Below are positions 25,832 through 38,518 of a stretch of 64,000 nucleotides of DNA, piece by piece; positions within the stretch are counted from its first letter, which is position 1, and every line of letters begins with the position of its first letter. The DNA comes from Phoronis australis. Its lineage: Eukaryota; Animalia; Phoronida. The notes beneath the pieces are model-generated. The model was not told where the DNA came from. It made no database searches and saw nothing but the letters and a program-made list of their open reading frames with translations. The stretch spans positions 932,034 to 996,033 of the forward strand of contig NMRA01000094.1 in the NCBI GenBank assembly GCA_002633005.1, read 5' to 3'. The translations under genes were made by a program, and so were the position numbers.

Positions 25832-26096
25832 ACCAAAGAAGATTATAAGCACGTCCAAAAAGAGTTTTCTCAGTGGTGATGATCCATACTTAGTGGATGC
25901 GGTCACACAAAAACTATTCCCTCAGTTATCACTTGAGAGTGGGGCGCGCCAATCAAGTTCTTATTCAAGTACAGGAGGGAACACATCTCTACAGATAGTG
26001 ACTGTGCGTGATGGAGAGCGTAGTATAAGGCTGCCCTCTTTGTGCGTGGAGCAGAACTATCCTCAAATGTTGTCAGAGTTGGTGTCTCATATCTAG
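25832..26096 (+). CDS. Uncharacterised protein, terminal exon
   Basis: Acceptor tattctAG ending 25831. (R)PKKIISTSKKSFLSGDDPYLVDAVTQKLFPQLSLES...RLPSLCVEQNYPQMLSELVSHI stop. The total spliced CDS from 12988 is 930 nt (309 aa). Confidence 0.85.
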
Positions 26097-27087
26097 TGAT
26101 CATGCTTTGTTGTGTTGTCAGCCTCTTGACACTGAAGGAGGCATGTGGTGAATGATGGTCCAACAGAACCTCTCTATACCTTCACTTGTCCTGCAAGTCA
26201 ACAGCCGGCTCAGATTATGTTTCACAATCCATTTACTTTGGACATGTGATGTAGTTTTTGTGCCTTTTCAAATGAAAAAGGTTTTTCATTTCCCTCCAAA
26301 AATTAGAACATAATTTTTAAGCGAGCATGAAATTATCATAAATAAGATATTTTTCTTGTCTTAAAGATCGATGGTCGATGTCACTTTTTGTTGATCTTAT
26401 AAGACTAACTTTACTGCGCCCATCTGTGGTTTTTGATTTCTAATGGCTAATTAATACTTGGGGTGATGTAACGTGTGCAGAAAGCTCCTTGCAAGTTGTT
26501 TCAGTTGGATGCTAGTGCATAACGTCCATTTTATTTTTGATTTCGTTCAGCTCTACTTATATAAGTGAACATTAAGTGAAAGTTAAGTGTAGTAGAGTAT
26601 TGATTGCTCTTAATGTGATCAATGACTTAATATTCCACGTGGAGCTATTTCCACTTTAGTTATTACTTCAGATAGAAGTTCCCATTACTGAATAGCAGGC
26701 CTACCTAAGTGTATGGCAATAATAAGTCATGATTAAAAGTAAAGACTTATTTTCAGCTTCAACATGCAAATAGAGCTCAAGGCTCACATTTCTTCAAACG
26801 TTCCAAAGTTTTAAGTTTAAAACGCATTTTAAAGATCTCTGTTGAGCAGAGAAACATTATGCAATGGGCACAAAAGTAGGGCCTCGGACATTTGTTGTCA
26901 TGTGACCATGTTTTCTGTAGAAAAGAAAGTCGTGTTTGTAACAGAGATCATCATAACTTCCACCAACACGGTAATAATATTTGCCTGAAATTTGCAGGTT
27001 CTGTTTATTCATTTATTAATAAACGGTATAAGCCTCTTATCTCAAAATCTGAACTGTCAAAAGGGGCAGGTGTGGATTGTTAAAGAG

Positions 27088-27190
27088 AAGGCAGTGTGGC
27101 CTGGTTGATAAGTGCCCGCTTTCTTTACTCGAGGTCATGGGTTCAAGTCCCACCAGGTCACACTGCTAAACCCTTGAGCCAGGTTTCTAG
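27088..27190 (+). mobile_element. tRNA-derived SINE head (degenerate)
   Basis: A-box-like TGGCCTGGTTGA and B-box GGTTCAAGTCC, followed by a cccttgagc core-like motif; no complete cloverleaf. Confidence 0.55.
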
Positions 27191-30100
27191 CTCCTCAGCT
27201 CGGTTTTAACCATATATATTAATAAAGCATAAAAATATTTCCAGGTGATTAGTGCAATGGGCCCACATGCGAGGCCTGCGCACGTCTGGTACAACGTGTA
27301 TCAGACCGCCTGCAATTATTTTTTTTTTATTGTTAAGATCTTCAGATTGAAAACCATACCATCTCCGTCCAAAAGGCATTCTCTAACAGGCTGTTGTACC
27401 TAATGGCATAAACGAAAGGAATTTTGAACAAAAATTTTCACATTTATAGAAGTTACAGTGGTTTTAAGAACACAAGTTTTAAACAAAACATGGTCACATG
27501 ACTACACTGCTCTAGGCACTATTTCCATACTTGTAATCATTTCCTTTGTTCCCCAAAGATTTTAGAAATATGATTGAAACCTGGTATTTCTGTGACCCTT
27601 GGTTCAGAAGGTAATGAGTTACATTAAAACTTATATGTACCTGCTTCACACATGCGTGGTTGTGAATTGTGCTTAGGGAGATGAGAGTTATGGTAAAAAC
27701 TTCAGTTTGGGACACAATATGATGAACCGCTGAAATTTCATTTTGTCAAAAATTTCAACAAAAATAACTGTTCAGTAAAATTTACTTTTCTTTTAGCATG
27801 GTTTTGTATTGCATAGCTAGCCAGTACCATCTAACATTTGCTAAATTTGTGAGCATTTGCAATGCTTTGGTATGCCTCTGAACAATCTAAATATGGCAAT
27901 TTTGTCCCAAATTGAAGAATTTTTGCTGAAATTATAGAATTTAAAGAAAAAAATTGTTGCTATTGAATTGCTTGTATAATTTTTGTTGTTTTTTTCTTCC
28001 ACAGTCACAGCCAAAAGTTGGGTGTGGTTCCGTCCATTTTATTAATTTTTTGCCTTGTATGTTCAACGTGGTTGTTGCATAACGAGTACCTTTCCATTGT
28101 AACACAAGCATTTGACTGGAGACTGATTTTGAGATCTTTTGTTTTTAATTTTGTATATGTATATTATCCTTTTTAATGACTGTTTACTGACAGTTTTGAC
28201 AACCTGACCTTGTAGATCTCTGAGGCTACTACATTCCTGTAATTGAATATTCGTGTGTGTTGTTCAAAACACCATAAATATTCATGAGTGTTGTTCAAAA
28301 CACCATGCAGTCAAGCAACGTCTTCTTAATAGCTGACTTTCGAGTTTTTATTACGCTCAGAACTGCACATTTTTATGTGTCTGACTTTCGGTGCTTGAAG
28401 AAGACTTCAACCTTTGATGTAACAAAAATAACTTGTATCATCAATTTATACCTGTCCACTCAGAGAATCTCAAAATGGTATCCCAAACTCTTCTTAACGT
28501 TTAGTTTCATTTTAAAAAGAACATTATTCTCTCTGGACTAGAATTCCAGTGCTGGCATTGGTTTAGTCATCACGTGTTTTTTTGCATTTCTTGATTGCTG
28601 TTGCTGGGATTTTTGAACAAATCTGAAGTATTTATTATTCCTGTGTACAAAGGAGAACAGACTGAAAGTTGTTTTAAAACTTCAATATTTGCCCAAATTC
28701 ACACAGTGTTCTGTCCTATTTATATTAAACTTGATGTACATATTACAGAAATTGTTATAATTTTAATTAAAAAGCTTTATTGATGGTTTTAATGCGTGAA
28801 TGTTAACGTATGGTGCTTAGAATGAGCATGTGATATTGTAGCATTTTTGATTTAGAATCAAATTAGTGCTCTTGTTTGTAAATTAACGTGTGCCGAGTTT
28901 TACCTTGTGTCTATCATAGCAGGACTATCTTTTAAATCAAGTTGTTTGTACTATATGGTGACTGGTGCATTAGACATTTTCAACGATATGTTTTGATATC
29001 ATGAAATTTGTGCACACATTGTCTGTGATGTCACAGTCACAATGTACAGATACCATATTGGAACTGAGTTATGTTACAGGCTCTGTTTCTTACGTATTGT
29101 ACTTTCAAAATGTGAGAAACAGACCGATACGTACACCCTTGCGGCTGCTATTTTTAAGAAAATTTGGTTGATATATATCAAATGTCACTTTTTTGAACAG
29201 CTTTCATTTTGGTATATTTTCAACATAGCGGTTTCTTTGTGTGTCGTCGAATTAAGACGCATCACTGAAAGTAATATACATACATATCGAACCGTACATA
29301 TGGTCTTGCAATATGTTTTATGATGCAAAACATATCATAGTGTCTATTAACACAAAATATCCGTCCAAGTATAATTCCATGCCAACCACTGTCAATACAA
29401 TGTCTTACTTTATAACCAGGTGGCAGCACAGGCTTTCTTAGTTCCATGTGGCTAGTTACCGTTGGTTATAAATGATCTCATTATCTGTAATATTTTGACT
29501 TTCTATTCTTAGACAATTTCTTTATACATTAATGTGCTTTGTTTAACTCCGCACATTGTAGTAGTGTGAAAACAGTGTGGTCTAAATTGCTTATTTTATC
29601 GAAATTGTGGCCATTCACAAATTCATTCTGATCAGCTGGATTCTAAACATATGGTAAATAAAATTTTAGACTGGTAGCCTCACTGTCTGCAGTATCCTGG
29701 TTGCTGGGCAACCATTAAAACCAGTTCCTGACACTTATTGTTGAAAACATGTTTTTCAGTCAATGTCTCAGATTTCGTTAGCTATTCATCCAGTTTGCAA
29801 GATTGAAATGACTAACACTGAGGCAGTACTTGCAATAAAGGACTGTCTTGAGACGGTAATATCTTGCATAAAAGTTTGACTTTTGTCTGGGCAGGATGCT
29901 CTAAGTAATCAGTAGACGTCCATCCAGTAAGTGAAATTAAATTATTTTATATACTTTCTGACAAACATGGTCTATAAAATGGTCAGCACTGCTACTGGTG
30001 AGAACAACTCACAGTCACATCCCTCCAAACTTGAGAATTCCGTATGTGCAACATTCACTATTTAAAATAACACTATGTTGCATGTAGAATATTTATTGAC

Positions 30101-32955
30101 ATAATCAACCCACATTCATATTTACCAAAGCACAATAATTATTAAATGCTAAATGATGCCCGTCTCATAACGACATCTGAAGGCAAAATAAATAATTTGG
30201 TAACAACTTGAATGCATTAAACTAAATCTAAACAAGATGAAAATTTTCCATGAATGGCGGCAATGTCTACAAAGAACAACAAAAAGAAAATTGAAAACGT
30301 AGATGGTGAACTTGGATGACAACTTTGGGGAAAATAGAAACAAATGTAAATTTCTAAAATTTACTTGGTGAAGGTAATGAAAATCTAATACCTAAATTTC
30401 CAATAATGTGCTTTAAAGATAGTAACGGCATTCGTCTACATACCTCAAAAATATCAACAAAAATAATCACTTTTGAAAAGGTCACATCCTCCACAACCCA
30501 CATCAAAAAATGACTCAACAGTAGTCATAAACAAGAAAACTTTTCATAATATGGCACAAAGCATTACCTTTCATCCTTTACCTAAAATATGACTAGTTTG
30601 GAATGACAACAATATGTACAAAATAGTCAAAATGTCAGTAATATGTAGAATTCAACATGTATTGCAAACGAGCCAACACCTAATGACTTGGACAACATGA
30701 CACCACAATGACATGTCAGTTTGCTTAAATAGTCAATTACAACCTTAACAAATATTACAAAGGTAGTCGCGATGACTGCACTTTGATTGACTAAGCAGGT
30801 TCTGCGAGGTCAACCAACTAAGACATCCGATTGGTTTGTAAGCCAGAGGTGGTCAACGATAACCAATCGCGTTTTAAGGTTGCTGACTACACACAACGAA
30901 GTCAATCAAGGGCAGCCAGTGGCAACTGGAATGTGACGTATTAATTTTGTATAATTCAGACTAAAGAGAATAACAAAACTGTTAAAAAATTAAATCATAC
31001 TTTCCCTCCTGCAACTGATTTAAATATATATATGTATGAAGAATGTCAATGATAAACTCTTAAGAAGTGCAAGCTGATCAAATCACTGTAACCATAGACT
31101 ATAGTTGTCTATAATCTATACTGTAACAAAATAGTGGGATACGATCTCGGTCCATCTTACTGTGAAAATATATTCTTGAAAAACTATTTGGAACTGCTTA
31201 TGCAAAATATCTCCAATATAACAAGCTATCCATTATTTTCATGTAAACAATTACGGCATCACATCATATGGCACAGTGGTTCTTTGAAAGAACTAAAAGG
31301 GGGCACTGCTGGCAGTGAATCAAAAGCTATGAATAAGAACACACCTTACCTCAACATGACCAAAATCTTAATTTTCCTTTAACTTTCGAGAATCAAATGA
31401 CACACTGGATATAACCTCTCTGATCAAATTTTAGAAACCGTGAAAAATATAGTGTTCCACAATTAATACATTTGTTTCATGACCTATATCTGCTTGTAAT
31501 AATTAAAAGGAAAAATATTTCATCTGTGACTCACAATCACAAAAAGAAATAAAAATAATAGAAGTGATAAAATTTCACAACCAGTTCAAAAAGAATGAAA
31601 TTTCTAATATGGAAGCATTCATTGCCAAAAACTTTTACATTCAAAAAACATGGTTATCATTCTGACACACAAAATGAGCAATAAAACATTTATAAGCAAG
31701 GAACGTGTAACTGATAATGTGCAAAAAACATGTTTGAAGTTGGGAATGTAAGACTTTAAGATAAAATGAGACGATGGTATCGGTGAATACTCAAAGTAGT
31801 ATAACATTCGAACATTCTCCAAGGCAAACAGAAATGAGACAACACAAGAATTGCTCCCAAGTTTTAAGTGCAGCACTGGTTCAGATATTAAACAAGGACT
31901 ACAGGTACCAGCCCTTTACAGGTACAAGCCCTTTACAGGTACCAGCCCTTTACAGGTAGCAGTGCTTTCTACAGGTACCAGTCCTCTCTAATTCAATTTA
32001 CAGTAAAGACTGACTAGAACTCATCTTCAACTTCAAAATTTTAACTAATTTGCACAAACACAATCAGCATGATGTAGGACCTTATCAACTAGTCGATGTA
32101 GTTAGCAAAATATTTACAAAGCTATAGACTGTAACTCAGGAAAAGTATATGTTCTCTGAAAGTAGAAATCCTGTAGAATTTAATGTATAACTTTATAACA
32201 ATGTGCAATTAATTGGGTAGCGTGCCGTGTATTTTTAAAGAAATTAAACAAAAAAGAAAGCTACAGCCACACAAACGATGATATCAATGATATCAATCAT
32301 GTGACAAAATTTCTTTTGATATAACGGTTCAAGATGAAACTTCAAAAACACTGATACAGTTTTCTAAACTATTATTTCATTTTTGTTTATTGCAACTTCT
32401 GAGTTTTTTTGTAAAATCTCAAAAGCTGTTTTTTATAACCAATCATGCAAAAGTCAATTACTTTAAGCAATTCCTCACACCATATTGAAGAACAGTGTAC
32501 AAAATACGATATCATGTGAATTCAACCTGCCATTTCTGAGATACAATATTCCGCAGTTGACCAAAATTTGTATCTTGATTTAATGTTATGCATAACCTTG
32601 ATATAAATATAAGACTTGGTAGCAAAACATGAAGTACGGTGAAAATTCTTCAGTTCAGGACAATAGCGTGGAAAGTGAAATTTTGTGTTGTCAAATTCTT
32701 TAAATTTTACTGTATCTTGGCACAGGTACAGCACTCGCCAAAGAATATGATAAAATTGTGCGAGCATCTGTAGCAATGACGCAGCAAGGCTTTGAAAAAA
32801 CTAAAAATGGCAACACATTTAGCATACTTTTGTTTCAAATTGAAGGATTTTTACTGTTGATATTCTGAGTGACTTTCCATTCAATTTTCTATTTACAGAT
32901 TACATTAATGTGAAATTGCAAGATTAATATTCCAAATTAAAATGAAATGTTTCAG

Positions 32956-33144
32956 TTATCTTTTCGCTCCATTACTCGTCTTGATTCGTTTAGACTTCAT
33001 CAAGTTCCGCAACTTCTGTAAGTTTCCACTTGTAATCGTATCGTCGGGTTTCAACTGGAGCGCTGTCAAGTAACTTCTCTCAGCGTCTATGTATTTGCCA
33101 TTGAAATGCAGCATGGCACCCAAATTCATGTGTGCGGTGGCCAT
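32956..33144 (-). CDS. TMTC2: TMTC2 terminal exon (last TPR)
   Basis: Acceptor ttgcAG. MATAHMNLGAMLHFNGKYIDAERSYLTALQLKPDDTITSGNLQKLRNLMKSK...stop matches the TMTC2 C-terminus (MNLGAILHLNG...ALQLKPDD). Confidence 0.95.
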   Translation of the reverse strand: MATAHMNLGAMLHFNGKYIDAERSYLTALQLKPDDTITSGNLQKLRNLMKSKRIKTSNGAKR

Positions 33145-33410
33145 CTGCAAAGTTTAAAACTGGAAGTTGCCTTGTGTTTAAGCTCTGTGTTTGTCAAGCT
33201 AGGTCGGGTTATTAGGAGTTGGGTATGGGGGTAAATTCAAGGAGAATGTTGAAAGATCACATTATGCAACTTGTCAATCTGAACACTCTGTGAGTTTCCC
33301 AATAAACTTTATGCTGGCAAAACAAAAAAAATTGTTTTGAGAGATGTAAATGATCTAATGAATAACTTGGCTTTCTTCAGTTGAGTGTGATCACAGTTTT
33401 AAATACTTAC

Positions 33411-33474
33411 ATCAGGTCGAAGATTGACTGCTTTCTGATAATAAACTTCTGCTTCTGAATTTCTGCCAGCTTGC
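33411..33474 (-). CDS. TMTC2: TMTC2 exon
   Basis: Acceptor ttttgtccAG, donor GTAAGT. (R)QAGRNSEAEVYYQKAVNLRPD. Confidence 0.9.
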
Positions 33475-33623
33475 CTGGACAAAAAAACAGGAAAATAAAT
33501 TAAATCAGGTATCCCATAACAAAGATATGCCCTATACCAGACCACACCCACTGAATCTCACGGCCAGGGATCACGGACAATGGCTAAACAATTTTTTGAC
33601 TGCAGACTTGAAGTCTACAAATC

Positions 33624-35022
33624 CACGGGTGAGAAACAACATGACCGCCGGTCCTCTAAACAGGACCTCCGGGGATCAAATGGGACCGCCGCACCAGAAA
33701 ATGGGACTGACGCACCCAAAAACATGACCGCCCCACCACAAAACAGGACCGCCGGGGACTGAGTAGTTAAGGCCTTTGTGTGATACTGCGGGTTATGACG
33801 TAACCGGTCAGATAGCTGTGTAAAGACTATCGCCAAAATAAAGCTTGACAGCCTTGCGTTATTGAGCTCCGTTACATCCCCGACATTGCCCACAGCCCGG
33901 GTAGTTCTGCTCGTCACCTCGTCGTGGAACTTACATCAACATGTAGTAGAGCGCGCGACCGATGCAGGCGCATGCAAAATCTAGGCGTCAACCAACACTC
34001 ACCTTGCAGTTTGCAACCGCTTGAGTGAAAAACAATCTAATGAACTGTTGTAATAATAAGTGACATGTGCACGCGCCATTTCCTCAGAAAAATTTTGAGA
34101 CATCTTTCGAAAGATGATGACAACTTGGCGGCAACAAGGTTTGTTATGAAATTCGGTTTGCTGGTATTAAAGTACTGAAAACTTATAACGAAATGAAACC
34201 AGTTTCGATAATTTGTTGTGCCAGGTACGCAACCTTGTAGAAGGACAGTTGACTGAAGAATCGGGGGAAAAGGAACCGGCCAATGTAAGCCGACTTAAGA
34301 GAACGCAGAATAACGACAGAACGACAATTTCTCTCGAGCGCCGATGAAATAATTTAGTTTACTCAAGGAAGAGTGTCGTTAAAAAAAATTCGCCGGGTAA
34401 AGATTTTACATGTTCAGTTTTTTACCCACATCGGCGCAAAGCTGTACATTTAATGTACAGCTTTGCCGCACAAAGGCAGCTAGTATGATGATGCTTCACC
34501 CGAGAACCAGAACGTCCGTTTTTTTACTTGACTAACTTTAAACGTCAAATTGGAGAAAATGATTTTCATTTTGTTCTTAAACTTATGCAGTGGATAAAAT
34601 TATAATTATTTAGCTCAAAAGCGTACAACGAGGTTGTTTTGTGTTAGATTTATTAAATGTTGACCTTTCAACTGTTTATAAGTCACATACCGCAGCCGGG
34701 AGCCTGGTGATGAGTAAAACTCAAAAGCGCCGCGTATTACAAAGCGAAGTGTCCTTTGTTGCTCACAAAAGATTTCGGTGGATTAATCGGCACAAGACCT
34801 GCATATGCATACGTATATAGCCCCATTGTATGATCTGTGTAGGCCTAACGGTAATAAATCTTAGCCTGTTAGTTGTTGCGGTTTTAGTCCCCGGCGGTCC
34901 TGTTTTGTGGTGGGGCGGTCATGTTTTTGGGTGCGTCAGTCCCATTTTCTGGTGCGGCGGTCCCATTTGATCCCCGGAGGTCCTGTTTAGAGGACCGGTG
35001 GTCATGTTGTTTCTCACCCGTG
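33624..35022. mobile_element. Non-autonomous DNA transposon with about 137-bp TIRs (CACGGGTGAG...) and a 5-bp TSD AAATC
   Basis: 33624-33760 and 34886-35022 are near-perfect inverted repeats. AAATC lies at 33619-33623 and 35023-35027. No transposase ORF inside. Confidence 0.92.
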
Positions 35023-35409
35023 AAATCAACATGCAAAACTTTGGTGTAGTCCATTAGGAGTGTGCTGACTGATGTTTCCTGGACACAGTGCAACTGTCTA
35101 TCAGCTGATCAACATATATTTGGTCACGAAACAGTAATTTTGATGTCTGAAGTATTTAAAACATCTAGTTAATGTACTTGATTAGAAAAATGTCCTCTTC
35201 AACTTAAGTAGCCTACACTGATACAAAACTGATATACAGCTTTGGATGTCTCTGGGTAAACATGAGTAATGTCATTATAAACTACCCTCTATACTGGTCA
35301 CCTATACTGGGTAGACAGTAGTGTCACAACTCAGTCCTTTTTCTGATGTTCCCTTGTACATGACGCTGAGTGACATCATTACCACTGTTGACAAGATAGA
35401 AATATTTAC

Positions 35410-35524
35410 CTCATAACATTAGCTGCAGTAAAAGTCAGGTCAAAATCGTTGTAAGATCGTTGAGTTACTCTGACAAATAGATCAGCAGCGTCGTCATGAC
35501 GATTCAAGTCACTCAGAAACTGAC
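35410..35524 (-). CDS. TMTC2: TMTC2 exon
   Basis: Acceptor catttcAG, donor GTAAAT. (G)QFLSDLNRHDDAADLFVRVTQRSYNDFDLTFTAANVM(R). Confidence 0.88.
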
Positions 35525-35858
35525 CTGAAATGAGAGTGAATAAACAACAGTGGACAAGGTTCGACCTAAATCATTGCTGTAAATACAAATAATGACAACT
35601 TGCTTTTAGTTTATTTACTTAGCTAAATAATTCTGTATTTAACAAACCACATTGTGGTTGGATTTTTGCATACAAATAGCCGACTGCTCAGTACTGGCAA
35701 GCAGGTCACAGCAACATGTTGAGACATGTTGTAGAGAACATTGGGTTAAATATGCACATGTTCAAATCAAATTGTTATTTGTGTTTTGAAGAATTGTCAC
35801 TAATTGTAAATGACCAGGGCACCATATGGTGATTTGAATTATTTAGCGTATAACTTAC

Positions 35859-35940
35859 CGTAGTGCTGCGCAACAGACGACGACTGGGTGTCAATCTGCA
35901 GCGCCCTCTTGTAATGGAACTCTGCTTTTTCCACAAAATT
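35859..35940 (-). CDS. TMTC2: TMTC2 exon
   Basis: Acceptor actttcAG, donor GTAAGT. NFVEKAEFHYKRALQIDTQSSSVAQHY(G). Confidence 0.88.
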
Positions 35941-36053
35941 CTGAAAGTGACACGATAATATCAAATCAAAAAGCTCAACTTTTAGGAATGTTTATTTCTA
36001 GGTGGTAACAACAACAGATCAGTCTCTTCCAGCACATTCATGTTCATACATAC

Positions 36054-36175
36054 CTGAGTGTGATATAACTTGGCTAGTGTCAAATAGGCAGGTATGTGGT
36101 CATTTTTGGCCTCCAGTGCCTTCAGGTACCACCTCTCAGCTTCATTCAGATTGCCCAGTTTGAAGTAAGACTCGC
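36054..36175 (-). CDS. TMTC2: TMTC2 exon
   Basis: (G)ESYFKLGNLNEAERWYLKALEAKNDHIPAYLTLAKLYHTQ with AG/GT boundaries. Confidence 0.92.
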
Positions 36176-36457
36176 CTAAAACAGTCACAGCAATAACAAT
36201 CAGAGATGGATCCAAGACTTTATTGATAGGGGGTTCACTCCTCATGGGCCCACCTAAAGTCATGCTCCAAAGAAACACAAACAACATACCTTTAAAGAGC
36301 TAATGAGACCAACCACCCTTTGCGAATCCTGATAAGCCTATATTCCACAACCCCCCCCCCCCCCCCCACAACTCCACATGGTCTCTGTTAAGGACAGAAC
36401 TCTGAGTTGACTCAGCTGAACAGGCTCCGAGGTTGATGGGGACAAGGCAATACTCAC

Positions 36458-36536
36458 CTAACATATTGTACAGACTCTGAGGTTGATAGTGACTTGGCAT
36501 CTTCTCTATAGCATCCTTGTAGGTAAAAACTGCATC
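36458..36536 (-). CDS. TMTC2: TMTC2 exon
   Basis: DAVFTYKDAIEKMPSHYQPQSLYNML(G), compare TMTC2 YKEAIQKMP...PQSLYNMMG; donor GTGAGT. Confidence 0.93.
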
Positions 36537-36555
36537 CTGAAATGGCAATCATTGC

Positions 36556-36880
36556 TTAAAGGTATGGAGGGTATGTGAGACCTTATCAACAGATATGCAT
36601 TTAAATGTATTGCGGGTATGTGAGACCTTATCAACAGGTATACATTTAAAGGTATGGAGGGCATGTGAGACCTTATCAACAGGTATGCATTTAAAGGTAT
36701 GGAGGGCATGTGAGACCTTATCAACAGATATGCATTTAAATGTATTGAGGGTATGTGAGACCTTATCAACAGGTATGCATTTAAAGGTATGGAGGGTATG
36801 TGAGATCTTATCAACAGGTATGCATTTAAAGGTATGGAGGGTATGTGAGACCTTCTCAACAGCTACATGCATTTAAAGGT
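36556..36880. repeat. 45-bp minisatellite, about 7 copies, ending about 20 nt upstream of a TMTC2 acceptor
   Basis: Unit ttaaaggtatggagggtatgtgagaccttatcaacaggtatgcat. Confidence 0.95.
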
Positions 36881-37533
36881 CCACGCATCTACCCAAGTAT
36901 TTGAAAACGTACAAAATTGAACACAGTATAATGAAATATTTCTGAAAGAAGAATTTCGACCATAAAATTTGGTTTTTTGACTTAGTTGGTTCCATCTTCC
37001 ATTAATTAGGTGACCATGTATTTTTTGTAAATTTAGTAAAAAAGAAACATATATAACATAACAATGGTTGTATTTTTTAAATTATAACTCAAGTTTGTTT
37101 CTGTTTTATGCAACTTCAGAGTTTGTTGTCAAAAAATTCTCAAAAGTTTCAATTTTGATAACTGCTCATGCAACATTCCTAGCAACATTTAAGAGAATAA
37201 CGTATAAAGCAAAATATTGGTTAAATGACTAAAAATGGTATTTGTAATAAAAATCACCTTTTTACCACTTTGCAAAAACAACCTCTCACATAACTTGACA
37301 TAGGCCGAGCATAAAGCTACGATATTATAATACATGGACAGTCCAGCACAATAACACAAATACGAAATGAATAAACAAGTAAGTCGATAAGAGTTTAATT
37401 GAACAAAAATTTACACAAAACAGGAAGTAACAATGCCATCCATAGTCGATATAAATACTCAAAACTGAAGGTGTTAAATGATAAACATCAAACACAACGT
37501 ATGTATCAGGAATAATGGCAACACCAAACCAAC

Positions 37534-37656
37534 CTGAAATCTGCCAAGATCTGCATAGACTCTACCCAGGTTGTACAGGCAAGACACTTTAGTTGACTCG
37601 TGTAATCGAGGGTCCTTCAGCCCTGTTATATCGATGCCTGCGCACTCTTTGTAAGT
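37534..37656 (-). CDS. TMTC2: TMTC2 exon
   Basis: TYKECAGIDITGLKDPRLHESTKVSCLYNLGRVYADLGRFQ; acceptor ttttacattcAG, donor GTTGGT. Confidence 0.92.
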
Positions 37657-37816
37657 CTGAATGTAAAAGAACAACTCATACACACTCTGCATCCATGCCT
37701 GCGCACTCTTTATAAGTCTGAATGTAAAAGAACAACTCATACACACTCTGCATCCATGCCTGCGCACTCTTTATAAGTCTGAATGTAAAAGAACAACTCA
37801 TACACACTCTGCATCC
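37634..37816 (-). repeat. 61-bp tandem triplication spanning the splice acceptor and first 23 nt of the exon
   Basis: Unit (+) atgcctgcgcactctttataagtctgaatgtaaaagaacaactcatacacactctgcatcc at 37634, 37695 and 37756. Confidence 0.96.
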
Positions 37817-38518
37817 AAATATGTTTGTGATGGGGACACACTTAACAATGATCTACTTGGCAATTCAATAGTGACTTTTGAAACAATCCTCTATTAACTT
37901 TACTGTCACTGAGGGAAGCGTAAGCCATTACAGACCTTTCATTAGTCACATCATGTCTTGTGCTAATATCTTGCAAGTAAATGAATTTTAAGCAAGAAAA
38001 TTACAGAATGCTCCCTTTGACTACATAGTCTTATTCTTCTGTTTCAATATTCACTAACATACCTCAAACACGGTATTTAATAACAGCAAATTACAATAGT
38101 GATGATCCACTATATGACTGTGTTGGTACAAATCAATGCGTTCATATGGGGTAAGCAAAAATTATTAGTCTTATAACCCACCATATGTTGGACACATCAT
38201 GTGACCTTTAGTTAAGTCTGAAAAAATCTCTGTCCCATATAGGGCTCGAACCTGAGACTTTGTGCTAACCTACACCATGAATAACTCTTACTTAGGGATT
38301 ACATAGGTAACTTTTGCAACAGGCAACAATTACAAGAGTTTATCAAAAACATCTATACTACAATGGACATCTTTTGAAGGACAAATTCCCTGTGACTGCA
38401 ACTCCCCAGGCCACAGAGTATACTATGCACGTAATGTACCCTCCGCCCCATAAAGACAGCCATTTTATGATTCACTAAAGAACTCATACAGACTTTAAAA
38501 AGCTTCTCCTCTGAAACA

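Noticed and set aside
27088-27165. Possible tRNA gene (also 39192-39255)
   Set aside because: A and B boxes are present, but the acceptor and anticodon stems do not pair and there is no clear terminator; better read as SINE or pseudo-tRNA.
33580-35093. Two ORFs sharing TGEKQHD...QNRTAGD
   Set aside because: They are translations of the two TIRs of the transposon.
36506-36876. Repetitive ORFs of about 100 aa on both strands
   Set aside because: Products of a 45-bp (multiple of 3) minisatellite inside a TMTC2 intron.
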